Assembly: GCA_963836075.1 (NCBI GenBank)
Contig: CAWIIB010000009.1
Location: 1,664,001-1,728,000, forward strand
DNA length: 64,000 bases
Source of the DNA: an uncultured Acidobacteriota bacterium
Lineage (GTDB): Bacteria > Acidobacteriota > JAQAZP01
Direction of reading: 5' to 3'
Shown here one piece after another: positions 29,887 through 39,548 of the stretch (position 1 is the first letter of the stretch; every line of letters starts with the position of its first letter). The position numbers were made by a program, and so were the translations under genes. The notes below the pieces were generated by a model that saw nothing but the letters and a program-made list of their open reading frames with translations, was not told where the DNA came from and searched no databases.

Positions 29887-32593
29887 CCCTGTTCAGGATA
29901 TCCGTCAGGCCGCTGCGTGGATTCTCTTCGCGCTGGTCTTCCTGTCGCCGTTGCCCTTCGGCGCGGTGCAAGGCTGGGCCACCGGAGTCCTGGAAGTCGT
30001 CCTTTTTGCTCTGTTCATCGTTGTTCTGATCCGCGGTCTCTTGACCGGCGAGTCCCTCCGCCTGCCCCTCCTGGCGGCTGCGGCAATGTTTTTCATGTTG
30101 CACCTGATCCAGATTCTGCCCCTGCCGGAGAGGCTCCTGGAGCCGCTGTCGCCCTTTTCGCATTACATCTTCCAGGCCTTGCGGCCCGACGATTCAGGGC
30201 AGTTGTGGCAAACCGTTTCGGTGAGCCCCGAAGCCACCATCTCCTCGCTGTTCTGGTTTTCCGCTTGTCTGGCCACTTTTCACATCGCCAGGATGATCAG
30301 CCGCCGCGGCGGCAAGCCGGGGAATGACGCGCCCGCTCACCGCAACCGGGCTGCAACGCCGTTCGGCATTCCCACCAGGAACAGGCCCGAAGCGGCCGCC
30401 CTGTTCCTGTCCTTCACTCTTGTCGCTGCCGGGACATTCCAGGCCGTATATGGCCTGGCCGAGCACTTCTTCGGCTGGAACCGGATTTTCTTTTATGTCA
30501 GAAGATTCCCCATGGAGGGGGTGGCCGGTACCTTCATCAACACCAACAACTGTGCGGCATTCCTCGCGCTCTGTCTGCCGCTCACCCTGTCTCTCGTCCT
30601 CTACCTGCAGCATTTCAAGGAGCGGAAACCGGACAGGCAGGGCCTGCGCAAGAAGAAAAAAGCCGCGGCACCGCTGCGTTTCCCGGTGCGGATTCTGCTT
30701 CTCTCCGGCGCGGCGGCCCTCATCGCCCTGGCCCTGGTGTTCACCCGCTCGGGGGGCGGAATCATCTCCTCCTCCGCCGGCCTCGTGCTCTTCTTCCTCT
30801 ATTACTTTTTCCGCCGTCCCGGGGGAAAACCGCTGCTGCCCGGTCTTTCCGTGCTGGCCGTTGCCCTGCTGGCCCTTGCGGCCATCGGCCTGTTCCTCGG
30901 GCCGGACTTCACCATGAACAGCCTGGTTACCGAATCCACGGGGCATGCCGCCGGCCGTTTCACCGTCTGGACCGAGTCGATGGCCATCAGCAACGATTAT
31001 CCCCTGTTCGGTTCGGGGGCCGGCACCTACGGGCAGCTGATGCTTCACTATTGCAACCGCATGGTGGTTCATGCCCACAACGAGTATGTGGAACTGTTCT
31101 GTGAACACGGTCCCGCCGGCCTGCTGGCGCTCCTGCTGTTCATCTGGTATTTCGTCCGTCTGCTGTTCGCTGTCCATTCCGGCACGCTTCGCAATCGTTC
31201 CCGGTCCGGGGCCTTTCCCTCTTCGTTTATCCTGCCCCTGGGGCTTTCCGTTTCCCTGTTGGGGCTGATGATTCATTGCATCGTCGATTTCCCGCTGCGC
31301 ATCCCGGCCATCGCTCTGGCCGGTTCCTGTCTGCTGGGTGTGCTGTCCGCCATGGTGGTGCAACGGAGCGCCCGCCGGGCCGCCCGGCGAAGGACCGGCC
31401 ATGTCCTTCTGATCATCACTGCGGCGGTTCTGTTGTGCCTTTCCGGCCTCCGCCTGTTCACGGCCGCCGGGTACGGCGCCGGCTTTGAAAGGCGTGTCGC
31501 CACCGTGCGGGGAGAGATCGACCGGTTGTCCGCCGATGGCCCCGCCACTGCCGCATCCGGACCTGAATCGGCCACGGCCCTGGCAGTGCGGTCCCTGTTG
31601 CTGGACCGGCCGCTGGACCTGCGCGGGCACCGCCTGGCCTTCGAGCTGGCCCGTCTTCAGGGCAAGTCCCTGGACATGGAACGGGCGCTTGTGCGGGGTG
31701 TCCTGGCCCGGCCCTCGCTGTCACAGATGTCCTATGACCTGGGGCAGTTTCTGCTGGGGCGGGGCCGGTTCAGGGAAGGCCTGTCCTGGTTCCGGCGCTC
31801 CCTGGAACTGGACGTCAAGTACCTGGACGAGATCTATGAGACCTGCGCCCGGATCTTTGCCCGGCGGTTCGAACGGTTCGAGTTCATCTTTCCCAGGGAG
31901 CCGGCGGTGCGGGAACGTCTGGGTGAACTGCTGCATATCTCCGGCCTGGCTCCCCAGAGCCTTGAGCAATACCAGTGGTGTCTTTCCCGGCTGCCGGACC
32001 GGGCCCAGCTCCATGCCAGGGTGGCCAACATCCATCGCGAGAACGGCGATTATGATGAGGCTCTTGCCGCCATCGATGAGGCGTTGCGGCTGGACCCGGC
32101 AGGGCGGGAGCAGTATTTCCTCACCCGGGCCACCACGCTGCTGCAGATGGGAAACGTCTCCGGGGCCATCGACGCCTGCAGGGCATTGCTCTCGGCCAAC
32201 CCCGGGTATGAGGAAGGGTATGTCTTGCTGGCGGACTGTTTCATCGAACAGGGAGAGGCGTGGAATGCCATCAGCACTTACCGGGAGGCCCTCTGGCGAA
32301 TCCCGCGGAGGAGCCGGATCCACCGTCTGCTGGGCGACCTGTATGCCGCGAAGGGAAAACAGCACCAGGCGCTGGAGGAATACCAGGCCGGTGTCCGGGA
32401 AGCGTCCACCGACTACGAACGGAAGCTGGTGCTCTATCGGATGGGTCTCTGTTACGAGGAACAGGGACGTCTGGAGGAAGCCCTGGAGGCGCTGGCCAGG
32501 GCCGCGGAACTCCCCGTGGAGGGGAGGAAAAATCTTGACCAGCGGGTGGCCAAGGCCGTGGCCCGTATCGAGGGGAAGCTGGGGACATCTTGA
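29852..32593 (+). CDS. O-antigen ligase (Wzy_C)-family membrane protein fused to C-terminal TPR repeats
   Basis: 'GTFINTNNCAAFL', 'FTRSGGG', 'PLFGSGAGTY', 'HAHNEYVE' and 'HCIVDFPLRIPA', then several TPR helix pairs. Start uncertain (GTG 29852 or 29879). Confidence 0.85.
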   Translation: MRGKIEIPNVRNPVQDIRQAAAWILFALVFLSPLPFGAVQGWATGVLEVVLFALFIVVLIRGLLTGESLRLPLLAAAAMFFMLHLIQILPLPERLLEPLSPFSHYIFQALRPDDSGQLWQTVSVSPEATISSLFWFSACLATFHIARMISRRGGKPGNDAPAHRNRAATPFGIPTRNRPEAAALFLSFTLVAAGTFQAVYGLAEHFFGWNRIFFYVRRFPMEGVAGTFINTNNCAAFLALCLPLTLSLVLYLQHFKERKPDRQGLRKKKKAAAPLRFPVRILLLSGAAALIALALVFTRSGGGIISSSAGLVLFFLYYFFRRPGGKPLLPGLSVLAVALLALAAIGLFLGPDFTMNSLVTESTGHAAGRFTVWTESMAISNDYPLFGSGAGTYGQLMLHYCNRMVVHAHNEYVELFCEHGPAGLLALLLFIWYFVRLLFAVHSGTLRNRSRSGAFPSSFILPLGLSVSLLGLMIHCIVDFPLRIPAIALAGSCLLGVLSAMVVQRSARRAARRRTGHVLLIITAAVLLCLSGLRLFTAAGYGAGFERRVATVRGEIDRLSADGPATAASGPESATALAVRSLLLDRPLDLRGHRLAFELARLQGKSLDMERALVRGVLARPSLSQMSYDLGQFLLGRGRFREGLSWFRRSLELDVKYLDEIYETCARIFARRFERFEFIFPREPAVRERLGELLHISGLAPQSLEQYQWCLSRLPDRAQLHARVANIHRENGDYDEALAAIDEALRLDPAGREQYFLTRATTLLQMGNVSGAIDACRALLSANPGYEEGYVLLADCFIEQGEAWNAISTYREALWRIPRRSRIHRLLGDLYAAKGKQHQALEEYQAGVREASTDYERKLVLYRMGLCYEEQGRLEEALEALARAAELPVEGRKNLDQRVAKAVARIEGKLGTS

Positions 32594-32618
32594 CGCCGCT
32601 AAGGGATGCTACTATCCT
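32590..32618 (+). promoter_or_regulatory. Sigma70-like promoter for the flippase operon
   Basis: TTGACG, 17-nt spacer, TATCCT. Confidence 0.45.
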
Positions 32619-32732
32619 TACAAATTATTGACTACGCGACCAGTTAGGCATTGTGACCTCCCGGTTTCCCGGCGCTTTTCCTGCGCGAGGTGAACGCAGG
32701 TACGAACCCTGCCCGGGAAGCATGAGAACCAC

Positions 32733-34058
32733 ATGAGCGATACCCGGATGGATGCAGAGCGAAAAGGACCGCGGCCTGGGTCAAGGTTTCGCAAGGGTAT
32801 GGCCAATGCCTCCTGGCTGGCCATGGGCAACCTGGTCACCCAGGCCATCGTCCTTGCCGGGTTCATCTACATCGCCAGGACACTGGGCAAGGAACAGTAC
32901 GGTGTCTACGCCACCGTGGTGGCCTACGTGGCCATGTTCACCATGTTCACCTTCAAGGGGCTGAACAAGGTGATTGTGCGCACCGGCAGCAGGGACCAGT
33001 CGTCACTGCCGGATCTCTACAACCAGGTGGTGGGCCTGAGGCTGTTCTTCCTCGTCGGGTCCATGGCGCTCTGCATCCTCTGTGTCCTGCTCACACCCTA
33101 CGACCTGACCACCCGCCTGCTGGTGCTCCTCTACAGCTTTCACATCTTCTACGAGGGCATGAACACCTTCTTTTCCAGCATCTACCAGATCGTGGAAAAG
33201 ATGCAGTTCATTTCCGTGTTCAACATCACCAACCGGACGCTGTTTGTCCTGCTGGCCATCCTCTTTCTCTACCTCGGCCATGGTGTGGCCACCCTGATCG
33301 TGATCGCCGTGGCGGTGAACCTGGTGACCATCGTGGCCAACTACATCGTCACCCGGCGATTTGTGAAGTTCAATCTTCTGTCCCGGCCGCGTTTCGAGCG
33401 GGAGATCCTCAAGCCGGGGCTCTCCTTTTCCCTCTTCACCATGGTGGCCACCCTCTCCAAGCGTTACGACCTGTTCATGATTTCCCTGCTCGGGTCGCCG
33501 GTGGAGGTGGGTATCTACGCGGTGGCCAACAGGATCGTCAAGGAAGGCCACATGTTGAAGAACGTCAACTCCATGGCTTTCTTCCCGGTGCTGGTCAAAC
33601 GGTTCGACGAAGGCCGGGTCAACGGCACGAAGATGGTCCGCTACGCCCTCGGGTTCTTCATCGGGGTACTCCTCCTCTCCGCCCTGTTCGCCTTCTTCAG
33701 CACCGACCTGGTGGTGCTGGTCTTTGGCGAGGAGTACCGGGAGTCGGGCCGGCTGCTCAGCGTGCTGGTCTTCTACCTGGCGGCGGTGTGGGGCACGCTG
33801 CCCTTCACCATTGCGGCCCAGGCCACCGACAACGAGGACCTGCTGCTGAAGATCCGCACCGCCATGGCCATCGCCAGCGTCACGCTTAAAACAATCTGCT
33901 TCCTGCTCTATGGCCTGATGGGGGTGGCGGTGTGCACGGTGGTGGTCTGGACTCTCGGCGGGCTGGCCACCTGCATCCTGCCCTACCGGGCGATGAAACG
34001 CGAGGGACGCCTGAGGTTCGGAAATGCTGGAGCAAGCGGGGCTGCCGATGACCAGTGA
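32733..34058 (+). CDS. wzx: Wzx-type polysaccharide flippase
   Basis: 'IARTLGKEQYGVY' and 'VGIYAVANRI', about 12 TM segments. Confidence 0.88.
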   Translation: MSDTRMDAERKGPRPGSRFRKGMANASWLAMGNLVTQAIVLAGFIYIARTLGKEQYGVYATVVAYVAMFTMFTFKGLNKVIVRTGSRDQSSLPDLYNQVVGLRLFFLVGSMALCILCVLLTPYDLTTRLLVLLYSFHIFYEGMNTFFSSIYQIVEKMQFISVFNITNRTLFVLLAILFLYLGHGVATLIVIAVAVNLVTIVANYIVTRRFVKFNLLSRPRFEREILKPGLSFSLFTMVATLSKRYDLFMISLLGSPVEVGIYAVANRIVKEGHMLKNVNSMAFFPVLVKRFDEGRVNGTKMVRYALGFFIGVLLLSALFAFFSTDLVVLVFGEEYRESGRLLSVLVFYLAAVWGTLPFTIAAQATDNEDLLLKIRTAMAIASVTLKTICFLLYGLMGVAVCTVVVWTLGGLATCILPYRAMKREGRLRFGNAGASGAADDQ

Positions 34059-35358
34059 GGCCGGCAGACGAATATGCCTGTGGGGCGGAGGCTTCAAGAA
34101 CAAGGGTGCCGAAGCCATGCTGCTGGTGGTCCGGCAGGAACTGTCCCGGCGGCTGGACGGTGCCCGGTTCCATGCCCGGCTGCACCGCAGGCAGGCCCGG
34201 CTGGCCCGGTCCAGCGGTCTGCTGCCCCTGGCCCTTGGTGATGACCGGCTGGGCCGGCTGCTGGGTGTGGCCGCCTCGAACCGCTGGTCGGTCTACCGCT
34301 ACCTGGCCGGTAGAGGAGACCTGAAGCGCCTGGCCGGCAGCCTGCTCAACTACCGTGAGGCCAGTGACTACTGCCACCCGCGGCGAATCGATGCCCTGGC
34401 CGGCGGTCTCGATGCCGTGGTGTCTGTTCACGGTTTTGCCTTTGGCGGGCCCTGGGGGGTGGGAGCGGCACGGATGGCGGCGCAGTGGGCCCGGTTCTGC
34501 CATGAATCGGGCACGCCGCTGATCTTCATGCCCCAGGCCTGGGGGCCGTTCGAAAAGGAGGAGTTCCGCGAACCGCTCCGGGAGATGGTCCACCGGTCAT
34601 CGCTCTGCTACGCCCGCGATGCCGTCTCCCGCACCCACCTGGCCCGGCTGCTGGAAGAGGATGAAAATGACATCCCCCTGGCCCCGGACATCGCCTTCCT
34701 CTTCCCGAGTGCGTCGCCGGAACAGGGGGACCTGCTGCTCCGCCGGATCGGCGTTGAGGCGGGGCAGCGGCCGTTGCTGGGGGTGGCGCCAAACATGAAG
34801 GTCTACCAGCGCACCGGGGGGACGGAGGGCGGCAACAGCTACATCCAGCTGCTGGCCCGTCTCTGCGATCACGCGGTGGACCGTTTTGGCGCCGGCATCA
34901 TCCTGATCCCCAACGACATTTCCCCGGCCGGCGACGGGCGAACCGACGACAGCCACCTCTGCGGCCTGGTCCACGCCGCGGTGCAGCATCCCGCGGCATG
35001 CTTCCCGGTCCGGGGATACCGCAGCGCCGAGGAGATCCATGCGCTGGCCGGCCGCTGTGACCTGCTGGTTGGGTCGCGGTTCCACGCGCTGGTTTTCGCC
35101 CTGGCCCAGGGGGTCCCGGCCCTGGCCTTGAGCTGGGCGCACAAGTACCGGGAATTGCTGGGCACCTTCGGCATGGAAGACGCCGTCTGCGAACATGACA
35201 CGATGGAACCGGACCGGGTGGTTGCCCTGCTGGACCGGGTCTGGGAAGAACGGGGTTCACGGGCGGCCGCTCTGGGTGAGCAGCTGCCCGCGGTCCGTGA
35301 ACAGGTGGCCGCGGTGTTCGACCGGGCCGCCGCCATACTGCGGGGAACGGGATCGTGA
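34048..35358 (+). CDS. Polysaccharide pyruvyl transferase family protein
   Basis: 'NKGAEAM', 'PQAWGPF', 'YARDAVS', 'PDIAF' and 'GSRFHALVFAL'. Confidence 0.88.
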   Translation: MTSEAGRRICLWGGGFKNKGAEAMLLVVRQELSRRLDGARFHARLHRRQARLARSSGLLPLALGDDRLGRLLGVAASNRWSVYRYLAGRGDLKRLAGSLLNYREASDYCHPRRIDALAGGLDAVVSVHGFAFGGPWGVGAARMAAQWARFCHESGTPLIFMPQAWGPFEKEEFREPLREMVHRSSLCYARDAVSRTHLARLLEEDENDIPLAPDIAFLFPSASPEQGDLLLRRIGVEAGQRPLLGVAPNMKVYQRTGGTEGGNSYIQLLARLCDHAVDRFGAGIILIPNDISPAGDGRTDDSHLCGLVHAAVQHPAACFPVRGYRSAEEIHALAGRCDLLVGSRFHALVFALAQGVPALALSWAHKYRELLGTFGMEDAVCEHDTMEPDRVVALLDRVWEERGSRAAALGEQLPAVREQVAAVFDRAAAILRGTGS

Positions 35359-36674
35359 AAACGGAATCAACCGTGGAACAGGTGGTCGCCGCCGGCCTGT
35401 GCACCCAGTGCGGCTGGTGCGCCATGGTCTGTCCGGCGCAGGCCATCGCCCTGCACGAGACCCCGGCCGGTCAGCAGTTTCCCCGGATCTGTGCGGAGGC
35501 CTGCACCAGTTGCGGGTTTTGTTTTTCCGTCTGTTCCGGCTGGAACAATGTTCTCCGCGGGATGGACGGCGAGGCGGACCCCTTCCGGGGGGCCGTGCTG
35601 GCGGCCTTCTGCGGGCACGCCGCCGACCCGGCCACCAGGGCCGGCTCCCAGAGCGGCGGCCTGGTGTCGGCGCTGATCGAGCACCAGCTGGCCAGCGGTG
35701 CGATCCAGGGGGCGGTGCTGGCCTCCATGCCGGCGGACGGCTCGCTGCGGCCCGTGGCCGTGCTGGCCCGGGACCGCGACGCGGTGCTCCGCGCCGGGGG
35801 CTCCAAATACTGCCCCATCCGTTTCGAACCGTCCCTGGCCACGGAGGTGCTGGAAGCGCGGCAGATCGCGGCGGTGGGGATCTCCTGCCAGGTGCAGACC
35901 CTGCGCAACATGGAGCAGCAGTTGCCGCCGTGGCGGAAACGGCTGGGCCTGGTGATTGGCCTGTTCTGTGACCGCACCATGTCCACCCTGGCCATCGACA
36001 TGCTCTGCCGCACCGCCGGGTGTCCGGCGCCGGAGGCGGTTTCCTTTGCCTGGCGCAGCAAGGAGCGCCATGGCTGGCCGGGGGAGGTCCGCGTTGAAGA
36101 CCGGCAGGGGCGGGGGCATTTTCTCCCGTCGCGGGAACGGATCCGTCTCAAGGATGTCCTCACTCCCGCCCGGTGCCGGGTCTGTTTCGACAAGATGAAC
36201 GTCTGGGCCGACATCTCCGTGGGGGATCCTCACGGGATCAACAGTGACCGGGAGGGGCACTCCGTGGTACTGGCCAGGAACGCACGGGGCCTGGAGGCCC
36301 TGCGCCGGGCTGAAGCGGACGGGGCGGTCCGGCTGGAGCCGCTGGAGCAGGAGAAGATCTTCACCGCCCAGAAAGTGGAGCAGCGGCGGATGAGCTGTGC
36401 ACTGTACACCGCCGCCTGGGAGAAGATGGGACGCCGCCGGCCCGCTCTGCCTTTCGCCGGATCGATGCCGCCCGCCCCGGCGGGCCGGGCGGTGCGGGGG
36501 ACGGAGTGGGAGCTGCGGCAGACGGCGCGTCTGGCGGAGGCGGAGACCACTGAGGCCGCGCTTGGCGAAGCGCAGCGGCAGTTGCTGGCCGAACAGGCTG
36601 CGGGGGGCACGGTCCTCAAGCGGGCCCGCCGGCTGGCGGGGAAATATCGGCGCCGGCTCATCGGGGGGCGGTGA
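35355..36674 (+). CDS. Coenzyme F420 hydrogenase beta-subunit-like (FrhB/FdhB) protein with N-terminal 2x4Fe-4S
   Basis: CTQCGWCAMVCP and CTSCGFCFSVC. Motifs 'SQSGGLVS', 'GSKY', 'VGISCQV', 'IGLFC' and 'CRVC...ADISVGD'. Confidence 0.88.
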   Translation: MKTESTVEQVVAAGLCTQCGWCAMVCPAQAIALHETPAGQQFPRICAEACTSCGFCFSVCSGWNNVLRGMDGEADPFRGAVLAAFCGHAADPATRAGSQSGGLVSALIEHQLASGAIQGAVLASMPADGSLRPVAVLARDRDAVLRAGGSKYCPIRFEPSLATEVLEARQIAAVGISCQVQTLRNMEQQLPPWRKRLGLVIGLFCDRTMSTLAIDMLCRTAGCPAPEAVSFAWRSKERHGWPGEVRVEDRQGRGHFLPSRERIRLKDVLTPARCRVCFDKMNVWADISVGDPHGINSDREGHSVVLARNARGLEALRRAEADGAVRLEPLEQEKIFTAQKVEQRRMSCALYTAAWEKMGRRRPALPFAGSMPPAPAGRAVRGTEWELRQTARLAEAETTEAALGEAQRQLLAEQAAGGTVLKRARRLAGKYRRRLIGGR

Positions 36675-37795
36675 TGTCGGGATCATCCAGGCGAATCTGT
36701 TTTGTGGGCGCGCACTACTACAGGTATGCGGTGGGCGGTGCCGAGGTCCAGATGTATCTCCTGGGGAAGCTGTTCGCGGCCCACGGGTGGGACGTGCACT
36801 ACGTGACCACCGATGCGGACATCCCCGCTGAAGACGAATCGATCCGCTTGCACCGCTTTGATCCCCGGCCCAAACGGGGGCGCTACAACAGGCTGAGAAA
36901 GATCCTGGACAGCATCGACGCCCATGTCTATTACCAGCGGGGCCGGACCGACTTCACCTGGCTGGTGGGCCGCTATGCCAGGGAGCGCGGCAAGTTGTTC
37001 CTCTACGCCGTCTCCATGGACATCGATGCCGGGCGCTACAAGGAACTGGGCCGGGTGCGCCTGTCGCCGAACCCCCTGAAAACCATCAAGCGCTATGTGG
37101 GCGGGTTCATCAGGGACCGCAACTCACTGGCCGGCATGAGGAACGCGAGGATGGTCCTGGCGCAATCGGTCTCCCAGCAGCAGGCCATTGAGGCCAATCT
37201 CTCCCTGGAGTCCACCATCATCAGGAAGGTGCAGGACATCCCGTCGTCGGACCCGGACAAAACGCATCCCCCCGTGGTGCTGTGGCTGGCCAATGTCAAG
37301 CGGTGGAAGCGGCCTGAACTCTTCCTGCAACTGGCCGGCGCCCTGCAGGGCCTGGACTGCCGGTTCGTCATGGCCGGGGAGATGCGTGACCGGAGCTATG
37401 AGAACGAAGTGCGGGCCTTCTCGCAGTCGCACGGCAACTTCAGCTATCTCGGCGGCGTGCCCTACGAGGAGAGCAACCGGCTGATGGGGGAGGCGAGCGT
37501 TTTCGTCAACACCAGCATGAACTATGAAAGTTCGCCCAACACCTTTATCCAGTCCTGGCTGCGGCGGACCCCGGTGGTCAGCCTGCACCATGACCCGGAC
37601 GGTGTGATCGTGAAGCGGGGCCTCGGCTTCCACTCCCGGTCCTTCCCGCAACTGGTGGAGGATGTCCGGACGCTGGTCACCGACACGCCGCGGCGAGACG
37701 AAATGGGGGATAATGCACGGGAGTACGCCATGGCCGAATACGGTGGTGAGCGCAACTTCACATTGCTCTGCGATCTGATAGAGAGGTATCTTTGA
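36674..37795 (+). CDS. Glycosyltransferase family 4
   Basis: 'GGAEVQ', 'KRWKRPELFL' and 'ESSPNTFIQSW' (GT-B fold). Confidence 0.85.
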   Translation: MSGSSRRICFVGAHYYRYAVGGAEVQMYLLGKLFAAHGWDVHYVTTDADIPAEDESIRLHRFDPRPKRGRYNRLRKILDSIDAHVYYQRGRTDFTWLVGRYARERGKLFLYAVSMDIDAGRYKELGRVRLSPNPLKTIKRYVGGFIRDRNSLAGMRNARMVLAQSVSQQQAIEANLSLESTIIRKVQDIPSSDPDKTHPPVVLWLANVKRWKRPELFLQLAGALQGLDCRFVMAGEMRDRSYENEVRAFSQSHGNFSYLGGVPYEESNRLMGEASVFVNTSMNYESSPNTFIQSWLRRTPVVSLHHDPDGVIVKRGLGFHSRSFPQLVEDVRTLVTDTPRRDEMGDNAREYAMAEYGGERNFTLLCDLIERYL

Positions 37796-38640
37796 AAAGC
37801 GGCAAAGACCTGCTTCCGGGGCCGCTGCGGTCACGGATGCATCACCTGAGAACAGGGACTCTGCGGAAGTGGCGTCGCGCCACCGCCCGCTGGCGGGCCT
37901 TGCCCGGCTTCATCGTTTTCGGCGCCATGAAGTCCGGGACGACGAGCCTGCTCCACTACCTCTCCCAGCACCCGCACGTCTTTGCCAGTTACAAGAAAGA
38001 GGTTCATTTCTTCGACCTCAACTACCGGCAGGGCGTGGAGTGGTACCGCTCGTTCTTCCCCCTCCGCCGGACCCTGGGGCCGGGGGATGCCGCGGGTGAG
38101 GCCTCTCCCCTGTATATCTTCCATCCCCCCGCGCCGGAGCGCATCCACCGCCTGCTGCCGGAGGTGCGGTTGGTCGCGCTGCTCAGGAACCCGGTGGAAC
38201 GGGCGATCTCCCAGTACTTCCACGAAGTGCGCAAGGGGCGGGAGACCCTGGACCCCATGGAGGCGCTGGCCCGGGAGGAGGAGCGAATGCGTCCCGCTCT
38301 GCAGCGTGCTGATTTCAACAGCACCGAGTTCATCCACTGCTCCTACAAGAGCCGCGGCCGCTACGCCGAACAGATCGCACGATACCTGGAGTTTTTCCCC
38401 CGGGAGCAGTTGCTGGTGCGCAGCAGCGAACAGTTCTTTCGCGAACCGTCGCGGGTCCTGGACGAAGTTTTCCGGTTCATCGGTGTGGATGCGGACTTCA
38501 GGGCGCGGGACCTCGAGCCCCGGAACGTTTCGTCCAACCGGACGCGGGTGGACGACCGGGTGTACAGCTATCTCAACGAGTATTACCGGGACGAGAACGA
38601 GACCCTGCAGAATCTGCTGGGTCTCGATTTCGGCTGGTGA
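37792..38640 (+). CDS. Sulfotransferase (heparan-sulfate O-sulfotransferase-like)
   Basis: 5'-PSB 'GAMKSGTTSL', 'KEVHFFD', 'GEASPLY' and 3'-PB 'LRNPVERAISQY'. Confidence 0.9.
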   Translation: MKSGKDLLPGPLRSRMHHLRTGTLRKWRRATARWRALPGFIVFGAMKSGTTSLLHYLSQHPHVFASYKKEVHFFDLNYRQGVEWYRSFFPLRRTLGPGDAAGEASPLYIFHPPAPERIHRLLPEVRLVALLRNPVERAISQYFHEVRKGRETLDPMEALAREEERMRPALQRADFNSTEFIHCSYKSRGRYAEQIARYLEFFPREQLLVRSSEQFFREPSRVLDEVFRFIGVDADFRARDLEPRNVSSNRTRVDDRVYSYLNEYYRDENETLQNLLGLDFGW

Positions 38641-39548
38641 GGACATTTGAACCTGGTGAAAGGAACCGCAAGGGCATGTCGGACAGCCAAACTCAGACAG
38701 AGCGCACGGAGGCCGCCAGATTCCTCCGTCAGGCAAGGGAAAGGGTCACCCGGGATCTGGCCCGGCTGGTCTCCCTGGGGCGGTGGAAGAAGAGCAACAC
38801 GATCTTTCTGCTCTCCACCGGACGCAGCGGGACGGCCACGCTGGCCAAGGTGCTGGACCTGGCCCCGGAGATCACCGCCTTTCACGAACCGTGGCCCCAG
38901 ATGCTGGAAGAGCGGCAGCAGGCCCTGCACGGGGTCTGGACCGAAACAGAGCGCTACCGGCAGATCTTCTGCACGGCGCGCGCCGGGCTGATCGCCCGGT
39001 CCACTCGCGGTGGCAAGGTCTTCGCCGAGACATCAGCGCGTCTCACCTTCTTCGCGCCGGCCATCGCCCGGGCGCTCCCGGAGGCGCGGTTCATCCACCT
39101 GGTCCGGCATCCCGGCGACGTGATCCGCTCGGGGATGCGGCGTTCCTGGTACAGCGACAACCGGTCCGACCGCTACCGCATCCGGCCGCAGGAGGGCGAC
39201 CCGCATTTTGCCGGCTGGGAGTCGCTGCCCCGGTTCAACAAGATCTGCTGGTACTGGAACGCCTACAACGCATTCGCCCTGCGCTTCAGGGACAGTGTGG
39301 ATTCCAGTCGCCTGCTGCTGCTCAAGGCGGAGGACCTGTTCGCGGCCCGGGGGGACAACATGGACCGGCTCTTCGGTTTCATCGGTGTGCCGTCCCCCGG
39401 CCGCGACGCCCTGGCCGCGGAACTGGGGCAGAAGCACAACCGGCAGACCCGCAACGAATTCCCCAGGTTCGAGGAGTGGGGCCAGGAACAGAAAAGAATC
39501 CTGAACGACATGGCCGGCGACACCATGAGGGCCCTGGGATACGCCTGA
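38637..39548 (+). CDS. Sulfotransferase family protein
   Basis: 'STGRSGTATL', 'HEP' and 'FIHLVRHPGDVIRS'. Confidence 0.82.
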   Translation: MRTFEPGERNRKGMSDSQTQTERTEAARFLRQARERVTRDLARLVSLGRWKKSNTIFLLSTGRSGTATLAKVLDLAPEITAFHEPWPQMLEERQQALHGVWTETERYRQIFCTARAGLIARSTRGGKVFAETSARLTFFAPAIARALPEARFIHLVRHPGDVIRSGMRRSWYSDNRSDRYRIRPQEGDPHFAGWESLPRFNKICWYWNAYNAFALRFRDSVDSSRLLLLKAEDLFAARGDNMDRLFGFIGVPSPGRDALAAELGQKHNRQTRNEFPRFEEWGQEQKRILNDMAGDTMRALGYA

